Assembly (NCBI GenBank): GCA_964590345.1
Contig: CAZPVP010000001.1
Coordinates: 7,937-71,936, forward strand
Origin: an uncultured Gammaproteobacteria bacterium
GTDB taxonomy: Bacteria; Patescibacteriota; Patescibacteriia; CAIXNZ01
DNA length: 64,000 nt
Direction: 5' to 3'
Positions 49,437 to 59,169 of this stretch are shown piece after piece. Position numbers and translations under genes: made by a program. The notes beneath the pieces were generated by a model. The model was not told the origin of the DNA and ran no database searches. It saw only the letters and a list, made by a program, of their open reading frames with translations. How positions within the stretch are numbered: the stretch's first letter is position 1; every line of letters begins with the position of its first letter.

Positions 49437-49781
49437 TTAAAGGCGACGTCTTGAGAATCGGCGATTCGTTGGCGACTTTTGCGGGTTCAGCGCCAGAAAA
49501 ACCTCGCCGCGAATTTCGTCCGGGAGATCATCCAGCTTATTCTCATCAGCCGCAATCCGAGCCAGCATTTGCATGAGCCGCTGCCCGGCTTCATCGGTCT
49601 CGCAGACGATCTGGTCTCGATGCCGCTTATAAAGCGGGACATCTACCGAATCATGACCCAAACGCGCTGGATCAGCATGCTTGATAGTCAGCCGACCGTT
49701 TGTCTGAAATCTCTTGCCGGTTGGTGTAATTAAAACCAAATGTCCATTTTTCTTTACGATTTTGTCAATCAAAAATACCAT
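49437..49781 (-). CDS. hypothetical protein encoded in a GC-rich island (about 50-55% GC vs about 30% surroundings)
   Basis: 114-aa ORF; first about 25 codons AT-rich, remainder GC-rich with Arg/Ala/Asp-rich composition. Confidence 0.45.
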   Translation of the reverse strand: MVFLIDKIVKKNGHLVLITPTGKRFQTNGRLTIKHADPARLGHDSVDVPLYKRHRDQIVCETDEAGQRLMQMLARIAADENKLDDLPDEIRGEVFLALNPQKSPTNRRFSRRRL

Positions 49782-49992
49782 CCTTTCCCTCCTTTGCTTG
49801 AATTTTGTTAAAAGTTACAATTTATTTTAATTTTTAATAATATCATAAAACCTTATCTTTGTCAAGGGTTGAATTAGGCAAACACAAAAAAAATAGCTAA
49901 AATTAGCTATTTTAATAAAAAAAACCGTCTTACCTACATTAAATTTTTACTGTAGGAAACAGTCTAAACAGTTCCCTACGATAAAACGGTTT

Positions 49993-51768
49993 TTATTTTT
50001 TAAACCACTTTAATAATTTCCCCAATTCCCAAGAATTAATTATATCTCCTTTTGTTGCCCAGCCACGACGTGCCGTGGCAATACCATATTTAATCAAATC
50101 AAAATGATCTAAGGCGTGCGCATCTGAATTTACGGCAAATTTACAGCCATAGTCCAAGGCATCCTTAATTAAAGTATCTTTTAAATCCAAACGCTCAGGG
50201 AAAGAATTTACTTCCAAGGCCACATTATATTTAGCACAAGCTTTAAAAATCTCATCCCATTCAACATCATAAGCTGGCCTATAACCGATTAAACGCCCGG
50301 AAGGATGGCCGATAATTTTAATTCCGCTTTTAATTGCTGAAATAATTCTTTTAGTCATTACTGATTCATCCTGATTAAAGGCAGAATGGATTGAACCAAT
50401 GCCATAATCAAGCTTATTTAAAATTGATTTTTTAATATCAATTTGACCATTTGCTTTTATATTAATTTCAGCACTAGCCAAAAGCTTAATATTTTTATAT
50501 TTTTTATTTACTTTAATAATTTCTGCCCGATGCTTTAAAAGTTCTTTATTGTTTAAACCAGAGGCCACACCCAAACCAGAAGTGTGATCTGAAATGCCCA
50601 GATATTGATATTTCATCTCCAAAGCTTTTTCAGCTAATTCATTAATTGTATTTGAACCGTCACTTTTATTAGTATGACAATGCAAATCACCCTGCAAATT
50701 ATTGTAACCGATTATCTTAGGCAACTTATAATCTAAAGCTGCTTCTATTTCGCCTCTGTCTTCCCTCAACTCTGGCTCAATATATTGCATGCCTAAAAAT
50801 TTAAAAAAACTTTTTTCATCGGCAAAATGGTGCAATTTTTTCTTTTTTAAGTCTTCAATACCGTATTCTGATATTTTTAATTTATGCTTTACTGCCCAAG
50901 TACGCAAATGAACATTATGCTCCTTGGATCCAGTAAAATGGTGAAGCAAAGAACCATAGTCTTTAACAGGCAAAATTTCTAAATCTATCCTTATTCCTTT
51001 TTTATGAGTAGCTGAAATTTTAGTATTTCCTTTAGCCAAAACGTCTTTTAAAAAAGGTGCCTGAGCAAAATATTTGATCACTTCTTTAGCTTTATCAGTA
51101 GCAATCACAATATCAATATCACCGATTGTCTCTTTCATTCTGCGCAAAGAGCCGACCGCATCAGCTTTTTTGACCGCCTTCTTCTTTTTAATATAAGCTA
51201 AAATTTCATCGGCAATAGGGCCGGCCGTGGTTAAAACCATGCGATTACGCTCTTTTGTCCGGATTTTAAACTGCTTAATAGCTTGTAAAATATTTTTTTC
51301 GGATTGCTCTTTGAAATGCGGCAATTTTTTGATTTTTCCTGTTTTAGCTGCTTTTTCTAATTTTTTAATACTGTCAACTCCTAATTCCTTATATAAAGTG
51401 TAAGCTGTTTTTGCCCCTATACCAGAAACATCAGTTAAGGCTAAAACGCCTTTGGGAAATTCCTTTATTAATCTTTGATAATCTTTAATTTTGCCGGTTT
51501 TTATATATTCTTCTATTTTTTCCGCAATACTTTGGCCAATACCAGGCACTTCCTTTAAAGCTTTAAGTCCGCCTTCTTTATAAATATCGTCTAAATCTTT
51601 AGTTAAGCTGGTAATAATCTCAGCGGCACGATCATAAGCAATCACACGAAATTTACTAGCGCCTTTAATTTCTAAAATAGTAGAAATATTTTGAAAAATT
51701 TTAGCCAATTCTTGATTAATCATACATCTTAATCTTAACAAGTTTCTTGCAAATAAAAAAGCCCGCAT
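49993..51768 (-). CDS. polX: DNA polymerase X family protein with C-terminal PHP phosphoesterase domain
   Basis: N-terminal HhH/Pol-beta-like region; PHP motif HCHTNKSDGSNTINELAEKALEMKYQYLGISDH; probable start at internal Met (MINQELAKIF). Confidence 0.75.
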   Translation of the reverse strand: MRAFLFARNLLRLRCMINQELAKIFQNISTILEIKGASKFRVIAYDRAAEIITSLTKDLDDIYKEGGLKALKEVPGIGQSIAEKIEEYIKTGKIKDYQRLIKEFPKGVLALTDVSGIGAKTAYTLYKELGVDSIKKLEKAAKTGKIKKLPHFKEQSEKNILQAIKQFKIRTKERNRMVLTTAGPIADEILAYIKKKKAVKKADAVGSLRRMKETIGDIDIVIATDKAKEVIKYFAQAPFLKDVLAKGNTKISATHKKGIRIDLEILPVKDYGSLLHHFTGSKEHNVHLRTWAVKHKLKISEYGIEDLKKKKLHHFADEKSFFKFLGMQYIEPELREDRGEIEAALDYKLPKIIGYNNLQGDLHCHTNKSDGSNTINELAEKALEMKYQYLGISDHTSGLGVASGLNNKELLKHRAEIIKVNKKYKNIKLLASAEINIKANGQIDIKKSILNKLDYGIGSIHSAFNQDESVMTKRIISAIKSGIKIIGHPSGRLIGYRPAYDVEWDEIFKACAKYNVALEVNSFPERLDLKDTLIKDALDYGCKFAVNSDAHALDHFDLIKYGIATARRGWATKGDIINSWELGKLLKWFKK

Positions 51769-51792
51769 TAAATACGGGCCTTAAAATTCAAT

Positions 51793-53469
51793 TTATTTTT
51801 TTCTTTTGCGTCTCCTTTTCTGAAAAAGAATTGTAAGTTCGTACATGTCAGTCAGAGCCAAGGCCGATGCCAAAATTACATTTTCCGAAATGGCAAAAAA
51901 TTCATAATAGCCGTAAGGAGTATCGGCTAAAATTTCAACCCGGACTTTTGAAGCAGTACCCTGGCCATTACCCTTTAACACCCGAACATTGTAATCCACC
52001 AGCCTAATCTCGTGAATTATCGGATAAGCACTTGCCAGAACATGTTTGACTACCGAATCAATCGCATCTACCTGTCCTGATTCCGCCTTTTTGTAAACTT
52101 CTACCGAAACAGTTGCATTAGCGTTATCAGGCAGTTCAATTTCCAAAGATGCTCTTGATACGTGAGAATATTTGTGCTTGCCACGATTGACAAAAAGAGA
52201 ATAAGGTTCTATTTCCTTGATCACAAAAGGTGCTTTATAATCGGGAAAGCGACGCAAAGCCAAAAGAGCAAAACTGCCTTTGGCCGAACCAATATGAATG
52301 CCTTTAGCGTCCATTTTCTTGACCTTATCATGCACTTTTTTGATTAAGGGATTGTCCTTTTTTAAATGAATACCAACCTCTTTAAGCGCTTCCCTGATCC
52401 CTCGTGGACCAAGTAAGGCGGAAATCTGCCTAAATCTTGTATTACCGACTTTCTCCGGAACAACATGTTCTTGCAAGCGAGGATTTCTTAAGTGCGTACC
52501 AGCCTTATGGCCGTATGCTGCGGAACCAACATATGGCAAACCCGTGCCAAGCCTCTCGCCCAAAAAGGCCGCTGATATTTTGGCAAACTCGGTTAAATTA
52601 TCCAATTTCTCAATTCCCAAACACCTATAACGCTTTTTCAAAATCAGAGTCGGCACCAAGTCAGTCAGCCTGGGCATACCAATCCGCTCGCCATGCCCCA
52701 AGGTCGTCACTTGAGGGAAATTCGCTCCCAAATCAATAGCCATTAAAGTATTGGCCTTAGCCAAGCCTTCATCGTCATGGAAATGCACGCCCCAGGGCAA
52801 GCCGTTCAGCAAAGGAACTGCCTGTTCAAGAATTTCCCTGGCTTCATCAATTAAAGTCCCGCCATTAGTATCGCAAAAAACAATAACATCGGCACCGGCT
52901 TTTACTGCAGCCAGCATGACTTTGACAGCATAATTTTGGCTTAAACTTTTCTTCCGGTCATATTTAAAACCGTCAAAAAAATGCTCTAAGTCAAAAAAAA
53001 CTTTGCCGCCTCTTGACTTTAAAAACTTGACTGATTTTTCAACCATCTGCAAATTGTTGCCAAGCGATGTTTTTAAAACACCGTGCACCTGTTCTGCCCA
53101 GGATTTGCCAAAGATGCAAAAATTATTCAAGCCGGTGGCCGCTAAATTTTGGATCACTGGACTTTCCTTTGCCTGGCTGACGTTCTTGTCCATCGTTGAA
53201 CCGAATGCGACAATTTTTCTCTTCAATTCAGGGTTTTCTGCTTGCAAAAGACGGTAAAATTCTTGAGCTTTCTCAAACTGAAGCAAACCGCCCTCCTCTT
53301 CGGCTTTCCTTTGCGGTACTGGCCATGGACCCTCAATCCAAGGTATGCCGAATTCGTGCAAATGTCTGACAAATTTAATAATACCTTCTGCTGTCATTAC
53401 ACCGCTTAACAAACTGGTTTGTTCGGTTTCTCTGACTGAATCATAGATTTCCACAATCCTCTTTCTCAT
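51793..53469 (-). CDS. 2-isopropylmalate/citramalate synthase family protein (DRE-TIM metallolyase)
   Basis: YDSVRETEQ (like DTTLRDGEQ), HFHDDEGLAKANTLMAIDLGA, GHGERIGMPRLTDLV; C-terminal LeuA-dimer-like region; GC moderately raised (about 42%). Confidence 0.6.
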   Translation of the reverse strand: MRKRIVEIYDSVRETEQTSLLSGVMTAEGIIKFVRHLHEFGIPWIEGPWPVPQRKAEEEGGLLQFEKAQEFYRLLQAENPELKRKIVAFGSTMDKNVSQAKESPVIQNLAATGLNNFCIFGKSWAEQVHGVLKTSLGNNLQMVEKSVKFLKSRGGKVFFDLEHFFDGFKYDRKKSLSQNYAVKVMLAAVKAGADVIVFCDTNGGTLIDEAREILEQAVPLLNGLPWGVHFHDDEGLAKANTLMAIDLGANFPQVTTLGHGERIGMPRLTDLVPTLILKKRYRCLGIEKLDNLTEFAKISAAFLGERLGTGLPYVGSAAYGHKAGTHLRNPRLQEHVVPEKVGNTRFRQISALLGPRGIREALKEVGIHLKKDNPLIKKVHDKVKKMDAKGIHIGSAKGSFALLALRRFPDYKAPFVIKEIEPYSLFVNRGKHKYSHVSRASLEIELPDNANATVSVEVYKKAESGQVDAIDSVVKHVLASAYPIIHEIRLVDYNVRVLKGNGQGTASKVRVEILADTPYGYYEFFAISENVILASALALTDMYELTILFQKRRRKRKK

Positions 53470-53759
53470 TTTGGTTTTCCCTCCTTTAGTCCTCCGGAGC
53501 TTTCTTGCTAGCCGAAGCCTTATGCGAAGGCTAGAGCGAAGGAGGACTTTTCGTTTTAAAGTTCTAAAAAAACTCTTATTTAAAAATCCAGCCCCTTTTT
53601 GGAAGGCCGGATTTATTTAACTAATTGGACGTAACTTAACAAATACTAAAGCCTTCCATACGAGCTGGAATAATAATTGTAATGATAATATTGTGGAAAG
53701 CTTTTTTCATATACTAAAAACTTAACAAATTGCTTCACTTTTGTCAACTTTTTAAACAT

Positions 53760-54002
53760 TTACAAACCCAATGCCTTATCAATTTTTTCTTTATCAAAAC
53801 CAACAATAATTTCCCCTTCAATATCCAAAACAGGAACGCCCATTTGTCCTGATTTATCAATCATTTCCTGGGCTTTATCTGAATCCACTGAAACATCTAC
53901 TTCTTTATACTTAATATCCTTTTCTGACAAATAATCCTTAACCTGTTTGCAATAAGGGCAAGTTGGCGTAGTGTAAATTATAATTTCTTTTTGTTCGGCC
54001 AT
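53760..54002 (-). CDS. glutaredoxin-family protein
   Basis: IIIYTTPTCPYCKQVKDYL (CPYC), 80 aa. Confidence 0.8.
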   Translation of the reverse strand: MAEQKEIIIYTTPTCPYCKQVKDYLSEKDIKYKEVDVSVDSDKAQEMIDKSGQMGVPVLDIEGEIIVGFDKEKIDKALGL

Positions 54003-54076
54003 AAATTTTTAATTACTTTAACCACAAATCACAGATATTAGTGTTATTAGTGGTTACGTATATTTATTATTTATTA

Positions 54077-54757
54077 TTATTTACCAAACCTTCTTTGCCT
54101 TTGCTCGTAAATACTAATAATATTTTTCAAGTCGCGCTGAGAAAAAGCTGGCCAATGTTTTTTTATAAAAATCAATTCTGAATAAACAGACTGCCAAGTT
54201 AAAAAATTAGAAAGCCTTTGCTCTCCAGAGGTTCTGACTATAACATCTGGATCTGGCAAATCATGAAACAAATATTGCCTGAAAAATTTTTCATTAATTT
54301 TATCAACCGGAACTTTATCTTTAATTAATTTCTTGATCCCTTCTAAAATTTCCCTTCTGCCGCTGTAATTAAAACAAATATTAACAATCAGCTTATTATT
54401 TTCTTCAGTTTCTTGCTGAGCTTTGGCAAGAATCTCAATCAATGTTTTATCCAATTTATCCTCAACACCGCTAACTAAAATTTTTACACCTTTAGCTTGA
54501 AAATCTTTTAAATGTTTTTTGAAAATTAATTTGGCCAAATGCATCAGATAATCAACTTCTTTTTTTGAACGCTGCCAATTCTCTGTTGAAAAAGCATAAA
54601 GGCTGACAATTTTAATTTTTTCTTCAATTAACCAGTCAACTAGATCTAAAACCTTTAAATAACCCCGATAATGCCCTTTTTGGGCTGATAAACCTCTTGA
54701 TTTTGCCCAGCGCCGGTTGCCATCCATAATAATTGCCAAATGATTTAATTCTTTCAT
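54077..54757 (-). CDS. uppS: isoprenyl transferase (undecaprenyl-diphosphate synthase)
   Basis: HLAIIMDGNRRWA and GHYRGY motifs. Confidence 0.85.
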   Translation of the reverse strand: MKELNHLAIIMDGNRRWAKSRGLSAQKGHYRGYLKVLDLVDWLIEEKIKIVSLYAFSTENWQRSKKEVDYLMHLAKLIFKKHLKDFQAKGVKILVSGVEDKLDKTLIEILAKAQQETEENNKLIVNICFNYSGRREILEGIKKLIKDKVPVDKINEKFFRQYLFHDLPDPDVIVRTSGEQRLSNFLTWQSVYSELIFIKKHWPAFSQRDLKNIISIYEQRQRRFGK

Positions 54758-54764
54758 AAAAAAA

Positions 54765-55034
54765 TTACTTTTTCTTTTTTACTGTCTTTTTCTTTTTTGG
54801 AAACAGCAAAAGAACTTTATCAAAGTTTGTTTTAATATGATTAATTTTTATAGCTATTAAAAAAGCCATAAAAGCCATAACAAAAAATGACAAAACAAAT
54901 AAAAATGTCAAAACCTGCGGATAAAATAAAATTGCAACTGCCAAAACAAAAAATAACAGGCCAATAATAATTAAATAACTAATCACTGAACGTAATTTGC
55001 CGCTTATTAATTGTAAAACCTCTTTAGTAATCAT
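54765..55034 (-). CDS. small membrane protein
   Basis: 89 aa, 2 TM. Confidence 0.3.
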   Translation of the reverse strand: MITKEVLQLISGKLRSVISYLIIIGLLFFVLAVAILFYPQVLTFLFVLSFFVMAFMAFLIAIKINHIKTNFDKVLLLFPKKKKTVKKKK

Positions 55035-55052
55035 AATTTTATTTTTTATTAT

Positions 55053-55430
55053 TTAAACCAAGCCACTTTCTTCTTCGGTCTGACCAGCCCGGCGCTCTTC
55101 ACGCCATTGCCGCAATTGTGCTTCTTTTTTAATTTTATTCATCTGTTCTTTAGTAAAAACTTTACTGGGTTGGCTTTTTGTTTTTTTTATTGTTTCTTTA
55201 CGTTGCGATCCCCTTCGCCCTAAAATTTTAGCCACTTTTTCCCTTAAAATCTTGTCTTTTTCGCCACCCATTGTACCTATTGAATTCAAAACCAAATCAA
55301 AAGCTTCGTTAAAGTTTTTATTCTCTTTCATTAATGCTGCGACTTTTTCCACAACATTATTCTTTTCCATTACTTTCATAATATATTGCTCATGCTTGTC
55401 TACTTTTGAAGATAACGATTCAAAATCCAT
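55053..55430 (-). CDS. hypothetical protein
   Basis: 125-aa charged ORF. Confidence 0.35.
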   Translation of the reverse strand: MDFESLSSKVDKHEQYIMKVMEKNNVVEKVAALMKENKNFNEAFDLVLNSIGTMGGEKDKILREKVAKILGRRGSQRKETIKKTKSQPSKVFTKEQMNKIKKEAQLRQWREERRAGQTEEESGLV

Positions 55431-55444
55431 AATATTTATTTAAA

Positions 55445-57025
55445 TTAGTATAAATCCTCTTTTTTTTCTTTAAAAAAGGCCAGCCATTCTTCTACCGCCT
55501 GCAAAATTATTTTTAATGGCGCTTCAATAATAAAATCTAAAATAAAAATAAAAATATTAATGCGGGAAAAATTAAAAGAAAGCCAGCGACCCAATCTAAT
55601 AAAAGGTAAAGTGATAAAATCAAAAAGCTCGCCGATAATGTTTTCTTTTTTCTTTATCACCACCAATTCACGGGCTGAATTTCTAATCCTAACGCCAAAA
55701 AAACTTACTATGCTTAAAAAAACCAAAAACAACAAAATACTTAAATAACTAAAACCTATCTTGTCCAAAAAATAAACAATAAAAACAAAAGGCACCAAGA
55801 AAGTAATCAAGTAAATCAAATTAAACAAAATCCAAGTAAACCAGCCTCTTTTTTTCGGTTCTTTGATATATTTAACTTCACCGATTTTGCCGGTTAAAAT
55901 TTCGTAAATTCCCTTTATCATGGCCTGAGTATTCTTTTCACTTGGCGTTCTGATAGTGCTGGCAATAAAAATCATCAATAAGGGCGGGAAAGCGATATTA
56001 ATGCCGATAGCTAACCAGTTAAAACTTTGCAAAATATAATAATCAAACGGTATTTCAATAACCAAGGCCAAAAGCATTTTTGTTAGAAAAATATAAACAA
56101 TGGCACGCCAAATATGGGTTTTTAAACGTTTTTTAGTCTCTTGATATTTATGATGACAAACTTCTCTGATTTTGTTTTCCAAAAGCGGAATATCATTAAC
56201 CAATTCCCTCCCGGCTTTAAAATCCTGACAAATAACTTCTTGCAAAATTATCATCATAGTGGAATAAGAACGGCAGAATTTTAATAAACGATTGGCCATC
56301 TTATGATTAATTGCTTTATCAATTTCTTCCTTAATTGTTTCTATTTCATCAATAAATTTCGGCAAAAATAATTTGTAATTATTTTTCCATTCCGGATACC
56401 AAAGCTTTAGAATTAAATATTCAAGCATTGGTTTGTCAGACTTAATTAAACTGCGATTAACCGCCAAAAAAATCTGCATATTTTTTTCTTCTTCAGTCAT
56501 ATCCTGACTGGCAATTTCTGCTCTTGCTTGAATTTCATCGTACATAAAACGAACAAAAATTTTTTCTTTATTAGCTGGCAGCAAGACCCTTTCAATCTCA
56601 ACAGCCGCTAGACCTATTATCCAATCATAAAGCTTCAGAGCTCTTTTTAAGCCTTTTTGTTCCTCAACGCCATTATAAAGAAAATCATATTTTTCAATAA
56701 CTTGGGCGACTTCAATTATCTTAGTTTCGGGAATCTTGTTGTTTTCTAAATATTTGGCACCTATTAATTCTTTAATTAAATTTTCAGCCATTTTATAACA
56801 ATCTGTGCTTTCCAAAAACCGTCGTTTCAAAATTCTAAAAATAGCACTTTTCCGCAATAAGTGCTCCTCTTTATAATCAACAATAGTCCTCACTTTCTCG
56901 TACATAAAGGATATCGCGCTGGTCATGACATTAACCTTGATTAATTCCTCGCCTTCCTTTTTAACAACCTTATCTTTCTGATTGGCAGTATTTAATTTTT
57001 CCAATAAACTAGCTAATTTCTGCAT
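55445..57025 (-). CDS. hypothetical membrane protein
   Basis: 526 aa, cytoplasmic N-domain plus several C-terminal TM helices. Confidence 0.4.
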   Translation of the reverse strand: MQKLASLLEKLNTANQKDKVVKKEGEELIKVNVMTSAISFMYEKVRTIVDYKEEHLLRKSAIFRILKRRFLESTDCYKMAENLIKELIGAKYLENNKIPETKIIEVAQVIEKYDFLYNGVEEQKGLKRALKLYDWIIGLAAVEIERVLLPANKEKIFVRFMYDEIQARAEIASQDMTEEEKNMQIFLAVNRSLIKSDKPMLEYLILKLWYPEWKNNYKLFLPKFIDEIETIKEEIDKAINHKMANRLLKFCRSYSTMMIILQEVICQDFKAGRELVNDIPLLENKIREVCHHKYQETKKRLKTHIWRAIVYIFLTKMLLALVIEIPFDYYILQSFNWLAIGINIAFPPLLMIFIASTIRTPSEKNTQAMIKGIYEILTGKIGEVKYIKEPKKRGWFTWILFNLIYLITFLVPFVFIVYFLDKIGFSYLSILLFLVFLSIVSFFGVRIRNSARELVVIKKKENIIGELFDFITLPFIRLGRWLSFNFSRINIFIFILDFIIEAPLKIILQAVEEWLAFFKEKKEDLY

Positions 57026-57159
57026 TTTAATACGAATTTACGAACAAATACGAATATTGCAACTTTAATAATATTTGTATATTCGCAAAAATATTTATTT
57101 TATAAATATATTCATTATACAATAAGCTTAGCAAAAATAAATGAAAATTAAAAGGGCGT

Positions 57160-57186
57160 TATTTTACGCCCTTTTTAGCCTATTTT
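57160..57186. terminator. hairpin terminator
   Basis: AAAGGGCGttattttaCGCCCTTTTT. Confidence 0.55.
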
Positions 57187-57233
57187 ATTTTGACTGCTTT
57201 TGCTCATTTTAAACTTTTCCAGCCAATCAATAA

Positions 57234-58598
57234 TTAATATTGCAAAACTGTCTTCATTGTCTTTGTTTCTTCAACTTTATGGGATATGACTTTCTGAATA
57301 TTATAAGTGCCGAATTTAGGCGCTTCCATAAAACCTTCCATAGCCGCTTCAGCAAACCAACCCGAATCAAGCCAATCATACAACCACTGATTGGTATACT
57401 GGACATCTTCCTGATCAACGCCGGAAGCTATTGTCCTTAGCCATTTTCTGTTAAATTCTTCTTGCGAACCGATTGGCGGCGACATTATTATTGGCAAACC
57501 CAAAGCCGTATAAAAAGACAATTCACTTGGTTTTGTCCATAAAATATCTGTAGTTCTTAAAGCATCATTAAATACTTTAAAATATTTTTGTTTATTCGGC
57601 GCGTGAATGACTTGAATATTTTTGTCCAAATAATTGGCTAATCCCATATTTTTGAGCTTATCTCTGAAAAATTGATTTATTTCTTTATGAGTTCCGGCTA
57701 TTAAATTTATTCTGACTTCGTTTCTTTTAATTTTACGCCTCAAGCTTTTAATAATATTAATGCCTATATCTCTTTGCGCGCCAGCACCACCAACCGCGAA
57801 GGCAATGGTTAAAATGTGATGTTTTTTATTGGGCATATTTTTTTTACCTAATTGTTCGCATATTGTTTCATCATAATTGCTAATGTATTTGCGCTTGGGA
57901 TCCAAATTATACAAACGGCGGCCTAAATCTTTCTTTAATGTATCCAAATTTGGTCCGCCTATATTTTCTAAAGGCAAAGGAAAGCCAGTTAAAAAAATGC
58001 GATCAGAACTTACGCCGTACAATTTTAAACGTTGTTCAACCCGGTAATTTGGCGCAAAATAATTAATTTTACTGGTTATCGGACTCAAAGGCACCCAAGT
58101 ACGGCTAATATCAGTATCAGTCACCAAACAATAAATCTCTTGGCTATATTTAAAATATTCAGCCATAAAAGCAGTGACAAAAAAAGTAGTAATTAAAGGC
58201 AATGGTTTTTTTTCTAATTTTTTTATCAGATGTTTGCCCCAATTTTTTTTCTTAATTAAATACATAAAATACTTAAGCTGCATATTCGGATCTGAGAGAT
58301 CGCGCTTAGGATAAAATTCAGGAATTTTTTGAAAATGATCAAATACGTTCCAAACGTATTCGCCGACAAAAGGGGTTTTCTTAAATAAAGAAATCCATTC
58401 ATAAAATCGCCTACTGTCATGCCATATTTCTTTATCGGATTTTGGGATCCCCTTATAATCATTGGCATTTATAATCTTGCCCTTATAAGCAAAAACGTGC
58501 AAAGGCTGAGCCGCCCGCTGATGCCCATATCCCATATCAACTGCTATAACATAGGCTTTTTGTTCCTTGCTAAAATTAATTTTTTTATTTCTAGCCAT
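57234..58598 (-). CDS. putative GT-B glycosyltransferase (MGDG-synthase/MurG-like)
   Basis: N-terminal VIAVDMGYGHQRAAQPL resembles G-loop of GT28-type enzymes; 454 aa. Confidence 0.35.
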   Translation of the reverse strand: MARNKKINFSKEQKAYVIAVDMGYGHQRAAQPLHVFAYKGKIINANDYKGIPKSDKEIWHDSRRFYEWISLFKKTPFVGEYVWNVFDHFQKIPEFYPKRDLSDPNMQLKYFMYLIKKKNWGKHLIKKLEKKPLPLITTFFVTAFMAEYFKYSQEIYCLVTDTDISRTWVPLSPITSKINYFAPNYRVEQRLKLYGVSSDRIFLTGFPLPLENIGGPNLDTLKKDLGRRLYNLDPKRKYISNYDETICEQLGKKNMPNKKHHILTIAFAVGGAGAQRDIGINIIKSLRRKIKRNEVRINLIAGTHKEINQFFRDKLKNMGLANYLDKNIQVIHAPNKQKYFKVFNDALRTTDILWTKPSELSFYTALGLPIIMSPPIGSQEEFNRKWLRTIASGVDQEDVQYTNQWLYDWLDSGWFAEAAMEGFMEAPKFGTYNIQKVISHKVEETKTMKTVLQY

Positions 58599-58657
58599 AT
58601 TTTTAGATTAAAATTATCTTGATATTATTATATCAAAAATAAGCCCGAAAAACGAGC

Positions 58658-59167
58658 TTATTTCTGTGTATAATCCATAAATGGCTTAATAATTTCCAAA
58701 GGATAAATCTTTCCCGCCAAATAATCGTCAATTTCATTAATTATATCTGCATCCCTTAATTTATCACCTAAGTCTTTTATTTCTTCTATAGCAAACCACT
58801 TAACATTAAGCAATTCATCCGGATCAAATTTTATATCATTACTTAAAGGTTTAGCTGCGAATATAAACTTAACAGCATGAACAAAGCCCTGTTTTACATA
58901 TTTTTTATCAATTGGCTTAATTAAATTATAAACGCCCAATAAGCCAATAAATTTTATATCTAAACCTGTTTCTTCTTTTATTTCCCTTTTTGCCCCTTCA
59001 ATAATTCCTTCTTTTAAATCTAACCAACCGGCCGGCTGATTCCACTTACCTGCCTCTACTCTACCTTCTTGGACCAATAGAAATTTATTGTCTTTTTCTA
59101 TAATCGCACCAACAACAACAAAAGGCTGGCTAAATTTTTTTTCTTTAATCGGTATTACTCCCGGCAT
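58658..59167 (-). CDS. NUDIX hydrolase
   Basis: Nudix box GWLDLKEGIIEGAKREIKEETGL. Confidence 0.8.
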   Translation of the reverse strand: MPGVIPIKEKKFSQPFVVVGAIIEKDNKFLLVQEGRVEAGKWNQPAGWLDLKEGIIEGAKREIKEETGLDIKFIGLLGVYNLIKPIDKKYVKQGFVHAVKFIFAAKPLSNDIKFDPDELLNVKWFAIEEIKDLGDKLRDADIINEIDDYLAGKIYPLEIIKPFMDYTQK

Positions 59168-59169
59168 AA

